Source: an uncultured Fibrobacterota bacterium (lineage in GTDB: Bacteria > Fibrobacterota > Chitinivibrionia > Chitinivibrionales > FEN-1185). Taken from it: 64,000 bases of DNA. The stretch lies in the NCBI GenBank assembly GCA_963753345.1, contig CAVWBU010000027.1:192001-256000 (forward strand), written 5' to 3'. The position numbers and the translations under genes were made by a program. Shown one piece after another: positions 1 through 8,099 of this stretch. Within the stretch, counting starts at the first letter, position 1, and each line of letters begins with the position of its first letter. The notes beneath the pieces are model-generated. The model did no database searches. It saw only the letters and a list, made by a program, of their open reading frames with translations, and was not told where the DNA came from.

Positions 1-2
1 AT

Positions 3-2327
3 ATGGCGCTTGCGTACGCGGTTCGCAGCGAGATGGTCGACCGCTGGATAGAAACGCAGAGCGGATACCATCGGAGCAATGCGCGGCGGGTGTATTTTTT
101 GTCAATGGAGTATATTTTCGGCAGGAGTTTGCAACAGAACATTTTGAGTCTTGACATTGAGGAAAGCGTCGCTGCGCTCGCCGCCGAACTCGGGTTCGAC
201 ATCGAGGGAATTTACGCCCAGGAGAACTCCTTCGATCTCGGAAACGGCGGCAAGGCCCGCCTTGCCGCATGTTTGCAGGATGCCATGGCGACGATGGGAC
301 TTCCCGCAATGGCCTACGGCCTCAGGTACGATTACGGTCAGTTTCATCAGGACATCGAAAACGGGGTGCAGGTGGAGCGGCCCTACGACTGGCTGCACAA
401 AGGCCACCCCTGGGAAATCATTCGCCCGGAATACACCTGCGAAGTCAACTTCTACGGCACGGCCGCGCCAGCGACCAACGCCCGCGACCCGCTCGAAGGC
501 GTCTGGAAAGACCCCGAGCGCGTGGTCGCGGTCCCGTATGATTTTCCCGTCGCCGGATTTCGAAACCGCACGGTCAACACGCTGCGTCTATGGGTGGCAC
601 GCGGGTCCGAAGAATTCTTGCCCGATTACACCAACCACGGCGACTATTTGCGCGCGTGCGAAGACAAGTCACGGTCGGGCACCGTCACAAAAATCCTGTT
701 TCCTGAGGAGGACGTTCTGCGCGCGACGGAACTGCGGCTCAAGCAGCAGTTTTTTCTCGTCAGCGCCTCGCTGCAGGATATCCTGAGGCGGTACAAGACC
801 AGGAACAGCGACCTTGCGGACCTTCCCGAGCATGTGATTATCCAGTTGAGCGGCAGCAATTGCGGACTCGCCGTGCCCGAGCTGCTTCGGCTGCTGGTGG
901 ATGTTGAACACATTCCGTGGAAGAAGGCGTGGGACGTGACCTCGGGCATTTTTGCGTATACAAGCAACGCCGTGTGCCGCGAGCACCTGGAGGCCTGGCC
1001 GGTGTATCTTATGTCCCAGATTTTTCCACGGCACCTGCAGATCATTTACGAAATCAACCAGATGCACCTTGACAGCGTGCGCAGTGCGCACGCCGCCGAC
1101 AACGACCTGATTCGTGACCTTTCACTGATCGCCGAAGGCGAGGTGCGGCGCGTGAAGCTCGGGCATCTTGCCATGCTCGGTTCCCGCACCGTCAATGGAG
1201 TTTCGGCGTCGCAGTCCGAAACGCTCAAGAAATCAGTTTTTCCGGAATTCATGGTCGTGTCGCCGGATAAGTTCCAATCCAAGACCAACGGCGTTTCGCA
1301 TCGGCGATGGCTCCTGTGCGCCAACCGGCCTCTGGGAAGCCTGATTGCTTCGGTCATCGGTGAAGAATGGGCGAGGAAGCCCCAGGAACTGTCCCGGCTC
1401 GAGCCGTTCGCCGCCGACGAGGCGTTCCTCGCAAAGATGGGAAATGTCCGCAGCGCCGCGAAACGCTCCCTTGCCGCGTATGTCAAGATGGCGGTCGGCG
1501 TCACCGTGGACCCAGACGCAATGTTCGACGTCCAGTGCAAAAAGATACACCAATACAAGCGCCAGGTGCTTCACGTGCTGCATGTGCTGGCGCGTTACCT
1601 CCGCATCAAACGCGGCGAAGGTCTTCCGTCGGTCAGCCGCGTGCATATTTTTTCCGGCAAGGCGGCGCCGTCCGATCAGCTTGCAAAACAGATAATACGG
1701 CTTATCAATGTCGTCGGCGAAATAGTCAATAACGACCCGCAGGTGAGGGACCTGATCAAAGTCGTCTTCCTGCCTGATTACGGGGTCACGCTGGCCGAAA
1801 AGATAGTGCCTGCTGCCGACCTGTCGGAACAGATTTCGACTCCGGGCCAGGAGGCGAGCGGCACCGGAAACTCGAAATTCGCCATCAACGGCGGCCTGCT
1901 CATGGCCAGCAAGAGCGGGTCGAACATAGAGATCATCGAGCATGTCGGCGCCGAAAACATGTTCGTATTCGGAAGATCCGCGGGCGAGTTGCCCGCTGTT
2001 AACAGCTATCAGGCGTACGACGTCCTTTCTGCCAATCCGATGCTTTCCGCGGTTTTCAAGTTCCTCCAGGAATGTCTTGACCGTCCCGGCTCCAATGCAG
2101 TCTCCATCCGGCCGCTTCTGTCAACACTCATGGATTCGGACCGCTATTTCGTCCTGCTCGACTTCGACGACTACGTGCGCAAACAGGACGAAGCCGACGC
2201 CCTTTTCCGGAATTCCAGGGAATGGGCGAAAAGAAGTCTTGTGAATATCGCGCGCTCCGGCTATTTTTCTATCGACAGGACTGTCGGCCAGTATGCGGCC
2301 GAAATCTGGAACGTAACCCCGCAGTAA
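3..2327 (+). CDS. glgP: Glycogen/alpha-glucan phosphorylase (GT35) homologue with divergent active site; 5' end probably outside the window
   Basis: Motifs LGNGGxxRLAAC, YGLRYDYG, ELRLKQ, KTNGV..RRW, IHxYKRQ and the PLP-lysine motif EASGTGNSK; several canonical residues are replaced (see findings). Confidence 0.85.
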   Translation: MALAYAVRSEMVDRWIETQSGYHRSNARRVYFLSMEYIFGRSLQQNILSLDIEESVAALAAELGFDIEGIYAQENSFDLGNGGKARLAACLQDAMATMGLPAMAYGLRYDYGQFHQDIENGVQVERPYDWLHKGHPWEIIRPEYTCEVNFYGTAAPATNARDPLEGVWKDPERVVAVPYDFPVAGFRNRTVNTLRLWVARGSEEFLPDYTNHGDYLRACEDKSRSGTVTKILFPEEDVLRATELRLKQQFFLVSASLQDILRRYKTRNSDLADLPEHVIIQLSGSNCGLAVPELLRLLVDVEHIPWKKAWDVTSGIFAYTSNAVCREHLEAWPVYLMSQIFPRHLQIIYEINQMHLDSVRSAHAADNDLIRDLSLIAEGEVRRVKLGHLAMLGSRTVNGVSASQSETLKKSVFPEFMVVSPDKFQSKTNGVSHRRWLLCANRPLGSLIASVIGEEWARKPQELSRLEPFAADEAFLAKMGNVRSAAKRSLAAYVKMAVGVTVDPDAMFDVQCKKIHQYKRQVLHVLHVLARYLRIKRGEGLPSVSRVHIFSGKAAPSDQLAKQIIRLINVVGEIVNNDPQVRDLIKVVFLPDYGVTLAEKIVPAADLSEQISTPGQEASGTGNSKFAINGGLLMASKSGSNIEIIEHVGAENMFVFGRSAGELPAVNSYQAYDVLSANPMLSAVFKFLQECLDRPGSNAVSIRPLLSTLMDSDRYFVLLDFDDYVRKQDEADALFRNSREWAKRSLVNIARSGYFSIDRTVGQYAAEIWNVTPQ

Positions 2328-2436
2328 AAGATTTTTGTTCTCCCGCTTCACCCAGACCCCACACCGGGGACGCGCCGGGGCATTGCAACAGGAAAACGCC
2401 AATGCATTTGGCGGATGCGTGTCGGAGACGCACACC

Positions 2437-4182
2437 ATGAAAAAAGAAGAAAAGCTCACCGGAATCACCGTTGTTGGCGGGAAAGGGCTTGGTGCGGCAT
2501 ACTTCGTTGGGCGTGGTGTGGAACGGCCCTCGGCAGTCACCATCTCGCGGCAGGATGTTGGCGACCAGATCATGCGCTTCAACGAGATCCGCGAAAAAGC
2601 AAAGAAGGATTACGCGCAGATCGCAAAGCGCAGCGATTCGGCAGTCACGCCGACCATTCTCCAGATTTACGAACACGTTCTCGAAGACCCTTCGTTTGTG
2701 GGCCAGGTGGTGCAAACGATTTCCACAAAGCTCTACGACCTTGAGTCGTCGATCCGTCTCGTTCTCAATGATCTTGTCAAACGCTTCAATGCCGCGGGCA
2801 CGCCGTATCTCAAGGAGCGCAGCAGTGACATCGTTGAAGTGTGCGAAAAACTCATTTCGTACCTCTACGAGGACGATGGAAGGGCGAAAGGCTTTGTTGA
2901 ACCGGTGGTCCTCGTGGTGCTCAGGACGTTCACGCCTTCCGACATTCTCTCCTACGACAGGTCGATGATCCGGGCGGTGATAAGCTCGAGCGGCGGCAAA
3001 ACGTCGCACGCGGCGATTATCGCGCGCGCGTATTCGATCCCGGTGGTGTCGGGAATAAGGAACATTCAGGAAAGCGTATTCCCGGGAGACCAGCTCTTTG
3101 TCGACGCCGACAGGGGCATCGTAATTGCGCGTCCGGGCGCCGCTGTGGTGAGCAAAGTGCCGCGCCAGCGCGCCTGGCAGGAGGAACTCGACAAACTCCG
3201 GACCAAGTGGCAGCGTCCTGTTTACACGCGCGATGGAATCCACGTGGAAGTGCTCGCAAACGTTTCCCTGCCCGAAGACGTGGAAGAAGCGAACCGTTTC
3301 GGCGCGGATGGAATCGGTCTGGTGCGTACCGAATACCTGCTGTCGAATCGCAAGAGCTTTCCGGATGAGGAAACGCAGCGCGCCTACTACGAAAAGATAT
3401 TCGGAGGCGCCGGCAACAAGCACTGCGTCATGCGCATTATGGACATCGGCGGCGACAAGGTTCCGGAATTTTTCGAGATGCCCCCGGAGTTCAACCCATT
3501 CATGGGGTGGCGCGCAATCCGGATCCTGCTCGAAATGAAAGACCTTTTCGAAACGCAGCTTTCCGCAATCATGAAAGCCGGAAAAAAACGCGATTATTCC
3601 ATCATGATTCCCATGGTGACAACCCTTCAGGAATGGTTGGAGGCAAAGAAAACGATTGCAAAAGTTGCTGCGAACCTTGGCGTTAAGATGCCGCAATGCG
3701 GCGTGCTTTTCGAAGTCCCGCTTGCAATTCTTGAAATGAACACTTTCATGAAAGAAATTGATTTTGCGTCAATTGGAACCAATGACCTTATCCAGTACCT
3801 GAGCGCTGCGGACAGAAACAATTCAAAAGTAAACAACCTCTACAATCCGATTGAACCCGCGTTCCTTCGGATAATCAAGAACGCCATCAAAGTTTCGAAG
3901 GACAATGGCAAACCGCTCTCCATTTGCGGCGAAATGGCGGGCAACGCGTTTCATTCCGTCCTGCTTCTCGGCCTCGGGCTCACGAGATTCAGCGTTATTC
4001 CCAGGGTCATTCCCGTGTTAAAGGAAATTTTCTCGCGGGTGAGTTTTGCAGAGGTCGCGGAAAGCGTTTCTCACATAGATTCCCTCGAATCTACGGAAGA
4101 AGTCTCCAAATGGCTCAAGGGTCTGCACAAAAGACTGCTGGGGGAGCTGCTGGAGAAACTTCCTCTCACTGCGGAAGTGTAA
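2437..4182 (+). CDS. ptsI: PEP-protein phosphotransferase (PTS enzyme I)
   Basis: TSHAAIIAR phospho-His, GIGLVRTE, DIGGDK, NPFMGWRAIR, SIGTNDLIQY, ICGEMAG; ATG at 2437 with GGAG upstream. Confidence 0.93.
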   Translation: MKKEEKLTGITVVGGKGLGAAYFVGRGVERPSAVTISRQDVGDQIMRFNEIREKAKKDYAQIAKRSDSAVTPTILQIYEHVLEDPSFVGQVVQTISTKLYDLESSIRLVLNDLVKRFNAAGTPYLKERSSDIVEVCEKLISYLYEDDGRAKGFVEPVVLVVLRTFTPSDILSYDRSMIRAVISSSGGKTSHAAIIARAYSIPVVSGIRNIQESVFPGDQLFVDADRGIVIARPGAAVVSKVPRQRAWQEELDKLRTKWQRPVYTRDGIHVEVLANVSLPEDVEEANRFGADGIGLVRTEYLLSNRKSFPDEETQRAYYEKIFGGAGNKHCVMRIMDIGGDKVPEFFEMPPEFNPFMGWRAIRILLEMKDLFETQLSAIMKAGKKRDYSIMIPMVTTLQEWLEAKKTIAKVAANLGVKMPQCGVLFEVPLAILEMNTFMKEIDFASIGTNDLIQYLSAADRNNSKVNNLYNPIEPAFLRIIKNAIKVSKDNGKPLSICGEMAGNAFHSVLLLGLGLTRFSVIPRVIPVLKEIFSRVSFAEVAESVSHIDSLESTEEVSKWLKGLHKRLLGELLEKLPLTAEV

Positions 4183-4201
4183 CCGGGAACCATGCGGCTG
4201 G

Positions 4202-5050
4202 TTATTTCCCCGGCAAAAGAAGTATCCTGCTGAAATACAGAACGTGAAATTCGATGTTCCTCCGGATATATTCCGGCGTATGCGAGCCTGGCCTTTCGTA
4301 GTAGTCGTGAGGAATGCCGATTGCAAGTAACTTCTCGTGGGTCTTGCGGTTTCCCGTAAGGGCGAAATCGGCTGTGCCGCAGTCAAGAATCAAAGCCTTG
4401 TTCCGACCGGCGAGTTTTTCGCAGAGCGTCAAGAATGAATTTTCCTTCCACCGCGATGCATTGTTCCGGTAATGGCCCAGAACGGCGGATATGTCCCATT
4501 GCGTCGGAAATTCGGAGAGATCCATTATTCCGCTGATGCTCCCCGCGCCGCAGAAAAGGTCGCAATGCTTTGCAAGGATCGTGGCGGCGCCGTGACCTCC
4601 CATGCTCGATCCGATGATGGCGCGCCCCCGGTCGCTGGACCACGTTCGGAAGTTCTTGTCGACAAAGGCCACAACGTCGCTCACGATGTATGACTCGAAC
4701 TTTGAATCCTGCCGCACAGGGCTGTCGACATACCAGGAATTGAAATTCCCGTCCGGACAGACAACGATGATGCGGTACTTGTCTGCGTATTCGTCAATCG
4801 GCGCGACAGTGGACCAGGTCATATAGTCGCCGCTGTAGCCGTGCAGCAGATACATCGTCGAGAACCGATTGTCGCCGGTTGTGTATTCTTCGGGGGTTAC
4901 GACAAGAGCGTTAAAGTTTTTGTTCATGCGCGGCGAAGGAATTTGCACCACGCTCCGGTGAGCGGCGGAAATCGAAACACACAGCAGGAAAATCAGGAAA
5001 AAAAAGCAGTACCTGAAAAAACAGCTTGATCGTGATGGAAAGGGGATCAT
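4202..5050 (-). CDS. Probably secreted alpha/beta-hydrolase esterase (CE1/tributyrin esterase-like)
   Basis: YLLHG, GSSMGG nucleophile elbow, DCG..D and C-terminal PGSH; hydrophobic signal-like N-terminus; start codon uncertain. Confidence 0.85.
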   Translation of the reverse strand: MIPFPSRSSCFFRYCFFFLIFLLCVSISAAHRSVVQIPSPRMNKNFNALVVTPEEYTTGDNRFSTMYLLHGYSGDYMTWSTVAPIDEYADKYRIIVVCPDGNFNSWYVDSPVRQDSKFESYIVSDVVAFVDKNFRTWSSDRGRAIIGSSMGGHGAATILAKHCDLFCGAGSISGIMDLSEFPTQWDISAVLGHYRNNASRWKENSFLTLCEKLAGRNKALILDCGTADFALTGNRKTHEKLLAIGIPHDYYERPGSHTPEYIRRNIEFHVLYFSRILLLPGK

Positions 5051-5097
5051 TCGGTTCTCGTCCGACAAGCTGGAAAGATTAAAACCTTGTCCACAGG

Positions 5098-5649
5098 TCA
5101 GTTTGCAGACATCGCGATAAGATTGAGAAACTCGTCCCGTGTGGCATGCTGGGTGCGAAAGCTGCCGAGCATCGCCGAGGTGATCATTTTTGAATTCTGT
5201 TTTGTGACCCCCCGCATCATCATGCAAAGGTGCTGGGCTTCTATGACGACGCCCACGCCTTCCGCGGCTATCGGCTTCATAAGGCACGACGCAATTTGCT
5301 GGGTGAGGCGCTCCTGAATCTGGAGGCGTCTTGCAAAGCAATCAACAAGCCTTGCGAGCTTGCTCACGCCATATACCTTGTTTTTCGAGATGTAGCCGAT
5401 ATGGCATCTGCCGAAAAAGGGCAGCATGTGATGCTCGCACATGCTGTAAACCTCTATGTCCTTCACGATGATCATGTGGTCGCAGCGCTCATGGAAGATG
5501 GCCTTCTTCAGGATATCGCACGGGTCTTCTTTGTATCCCTGCGTCAGATACTCAAGCGATCGCTTCACGCGGAGCGGTGTGCTGCGGAGCCCTTCCCGGT
5601 TGGGATTCTCGCCGATTTCCCTGAGGATTGTGCGAATCGCGTCTTCCAT
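5098..5649 (-). CDS. folE: GTP cyclohydrolase I
   Basis: [33 protein letters not shown]. Confidence 0.97.
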   Translation of the reverse strand: MEDAIRTILREIGENPNREGLRSTPLRVKRSLEYLTQGYKEDPCDILKKAIFHERCDHMIIVKDIEVYSMCEHHMLPFFGRCHIGYISKNKVYGVSKLARLVDCFARRLQIQERLTQQIASCLMKPIAAEGVGVVIEAQHLCMMMRGVTKQNSKMITSAMLGSFRTQHATRDEFLNLIAMSAN

Positions 5650-5765
5650 GATTGTGTCCTTTGCGCTCCTGGAGAACAAAAAGAGGCAATGATTTTGCAA
5701 TAGAATATATATTTTGAGTGATTGCAAATGGCACAACCGTTCCATGAGGGGGAGCGACATACGCC

Positions 5766-6818
5766 ATGACCTCCGGCGACTCCAGAAAATCCTACATCAA
5801 AGCGCTGGTCCTCCTTATCGCAATCGTTGCCGTGTTGTTTATCGGCACGGTTGTTCTCAAAATAATCTCATCTCCCACCAGATCCGTTCACGCGATTTTC
5901 GGCGCAGAGGCATTGACCGGTATCCAGTACCAGGACAATCAGAAGGATTCGGTCCGGCAGAAGATTGCCGGGTTCTGGTTCTGCGACAATGCTGTGGACT
6001 CAGGGACGCTGTTTATCCGCTCGTCCGACAGAATGGAATTGAAACCCAACGGCATTTACTGGAGGGTGAAATCGATATGCATCATGCTGCCGTCCGGTGA
6101 TTCGGCGCAGTACGTTGTCGCCTCCACGGGCTATGCAAGCCCGTATTCGCACACCGGGTCGTCGCCGGACAGTCTCACGTGCCAGGTGCATTACATCGGA
6201 ACCACGGTGGTTTCGGCCGGCGATACCTGCTACATGGAAATTTCCCGGCCCGACCCGTCGGCATCAATGCTCCCTCAGTTGCAGGCGCTGCCGAAGGCCG
6301 GAGAGGGAACGGTTGACACCGTGTGGAATCTTATTGCCGGCGACGGCCGCCTCTCCTTCGGCGACCGCTGGTATTCACGGTACGATACCGCGGGTCAGGC
6401 GCTCTTCCGGTTCTTTCCAAAGGGGAGCGTCGAATCGGTCAACAGGTTTTCACTTAACAAATGCGGCAATGCTCTTTCGCTGGAGCTTTTTGTAAAACGC
6501 ATGCTCAACAAGGATTTTGCAGGACTTACCGTTCCGCAGCGTACCGGCGAGGACGTTCTGGCCGCGGTCAGGAAATACTACGAACGGCTCTTTGCTCAAA
6601 ATCTGGCCAGTCGGGTAACCGTATACGGGAAAGGCAAGGCGGGAATTTCCTTTTGGGTGAACGGCGAAGGCAGGGTTGCGGAGCCCGTCAAGGTTTCGAG
6701 CCGGCCCTGGAACATTAAACTTGACGCTGAGCTCAAACGGGAAGTCCAAACGTGGGTTTTCCCCAGGTGCTCCGCTCAGAAAGAACCGGTGAACGTGAAG
6801 TTTGAAATGTCGTATTAG
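5766..6818 (+). CDS. Membrane-anchored hypothetical protein with TonB-C/AgmX-like C-terminal domain
   Basis: N-terminal TM helix; C-terminus [13 protein letters not shown]...SS.....LD....V.TWVFP resembles the TonB C-terminal pattern. Confidence 0.6.
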   Translation: MTSGDSRKSYIKALVLLIAIVAVLFIGTVVLKIISSPTRSVHAIFGAEALTGIQYQDNQKDSVRQKIAGFWFCDNAVDSGTLFIRSSDRMELKPNGIYWRVKSICIMLPSGDSAQYVVASTGYASPYSHTGSSPDSLTCQVHYIGTTVVSAGDTCYMEISRPDPSASMLPQLQALPKAGEGTVDTVWNLIAGDGRLSFGDRWYSRYDTAGQALFRFFPKGSVESVNRFSLNKCGNALSLELFVKRMLNKDFAGLTVPQRTGEDVLAAVRKYYERLFAQNLASRVTVYGKGKAGISFWVNGEGRVAEPVKVSSRPWNIKLDAELKREVQTWVFPRCSAQKEPVNVKFEMSY

Positions 6819-6865
6819 CGCAATGCGGCCGCCGGAGCCGCAGACAATCCGTCGGAGACCAACCC

Positions 6866-7669
6866 ATGGACAAACTGGAAACCCTTAAAGGCATCATAGG
6901 CCGGTACACATCGGCCGTGGTTGCCTTTTCCGGCGGCGTCGACAGCACGTTTCTCGCGTGGGCGTGCGCGTCGGTCCTGGGCGACAGGGTCCTGCTGGTC
7001 ACTGCCCAGTCGTCCACCTATCCCGCTTCCGAGGTCGACGGCGCCATACAGTCGGCAAAGATCCTCAAATGCAAACACCGCGTGATCGTGTCCGAAGAGA
7101 TGGACATTCCCGGTTTCGCCGACAATGCGCCGAACCGCTGCTATTTCTGCAAGAGCGAACTGTTCTCCAAGATACGGGACATTGCCCGCGAGGGGAAATA
7201 CGAAGCGGTGTTCGACGGCAGCAACCTCGACGACACAAAAGACTACCGGCCGGGGAGGCAGGCGCTCGCCGAGCTCGGGATCCTGTCGCCCCTGATAGAA
7301 GCCGGGTTGACAAAAGATGATATACGGGCATATTCCCGGCAGGCGGGCCTGCCCACGGCGTCCAAGCCCTCGTTCGCATGCCTCGCCTCCCGGTTCCCCT
7401 ACGGCGAGCGCATCACCAGGGACAAACTTGACAGAGTGGGAAAGGCCGAGCAGACGCTGCGGCTGTTGGGGTTCACGCAGTTCAGGGTGAGAAGCCATGG
7501 GGACCTTGCCAGGATCGAATTCGTGGAATCGGAGATGGACAAGGGCTGGGCCGGCCGAAAAGTGATTGAAGACGCTCTCAGGCAGGCAGGGTACACCTAT
7601 GTCGCCATCGACGCCAGAGGATACCGGACCGGCGCCATGAATGAGTCGCTTCCGAGCGTCCGGAAATAA
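6866..7669 (+). CDS. larE: ATP-dependent sulfur transferase LarE family (PP-loop)
   Basis: AFSGGVDS PP-loop, RCYFCK, DGSNLDD..DYRPG, ACLASRFPYG. Confidence 0.9.
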   Translation: MDKLETLKGIIGRYTSAVVAFSGGVDSTFLAWACASVLGDRVLLVTAQSSTYPASEVDGAIQSAKILKCKHRVIVSEEMDIPGFADNAPNRCYFCKSELFSKIRDIAREGKYEAVFDGSNLDDTKDYRPGRQALAELGILSPLIEAGLTKDDIRAYSRQAGLPTASKPSFACLASRFPYGERITRDKLDRVGKAEQTLRLLGFTQFRVRSHGDLARIEFVESEMDKGWAGRKVIEDALRQAGYTYVAIDARGYRTGAMNESLPSVRK

Positions 7670-7692
7670 CGTTGCCGCGAGAGGACACCGAC

Positions 7693-8055
7693 ATGGGAAA
7701 AATTACCGTTTACCTCGATGAAGAGCATCAGATAATCCGGCAGAATTTCGACGGCAACATCGACGAGGACATGGTGCAGCGGTTCCTCGAGGAAAACCAC
7801 GCCGCTGCTGCGCGGCTCAAGGACCCGAAGAAAATACGTATTCTGGGGGTCGCGGACAGCCTGGGGAAAGGCTCGCCGGAAGCGCGCCGTCAATTGCTCA
7901 GTAATTTGAGCGATGCCGATGTTTACCGAGTGGCCCTTGTTGGAAAAAACCCCTTCATGAATGTGGCGGTTTCGTTTTTTCTGGCTATCAAACCGTCCAA
8001 GAAAATCCGGGTGTTTGGCAACGAGGACGATGCAATGCGATGGCTTTTGGAGTAG
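7693..8055 (+). CDS. STAS/SEC14 (SpoIIAA-like) small protein
   Basis: About 120 aa with EARR, RVALVG and IRVF.NEDDA.RWL patterns; GAGGA upstream of ATG 7693. Confidence 0.7.
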   Translation: MGKITVYLDEEHQIIRQNFDGNIDEDMVQRFLEENHAAAARLKDPKKIRILGVADSLGKGSPEARRQLLSNLSDADVYRVALVGKNPFMNVAVSFFLAIKPSKKIRVFGNEDDAMRWLLE

Positions 8056-8099
8056 GGCATGGAACGGCCCGACCAACGACCCCAAGGGCAGGAAGCTAC

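Noticed and set aside
5696..5722. Second dif-like string (TAGAATATATATT, shared with the B. subtilis dif core)
   Set aside because: The XerD arm reads TTTTGAGTGAT rather than TTATGT(T/A)AA; better explained as AT-rich promoter DNA.
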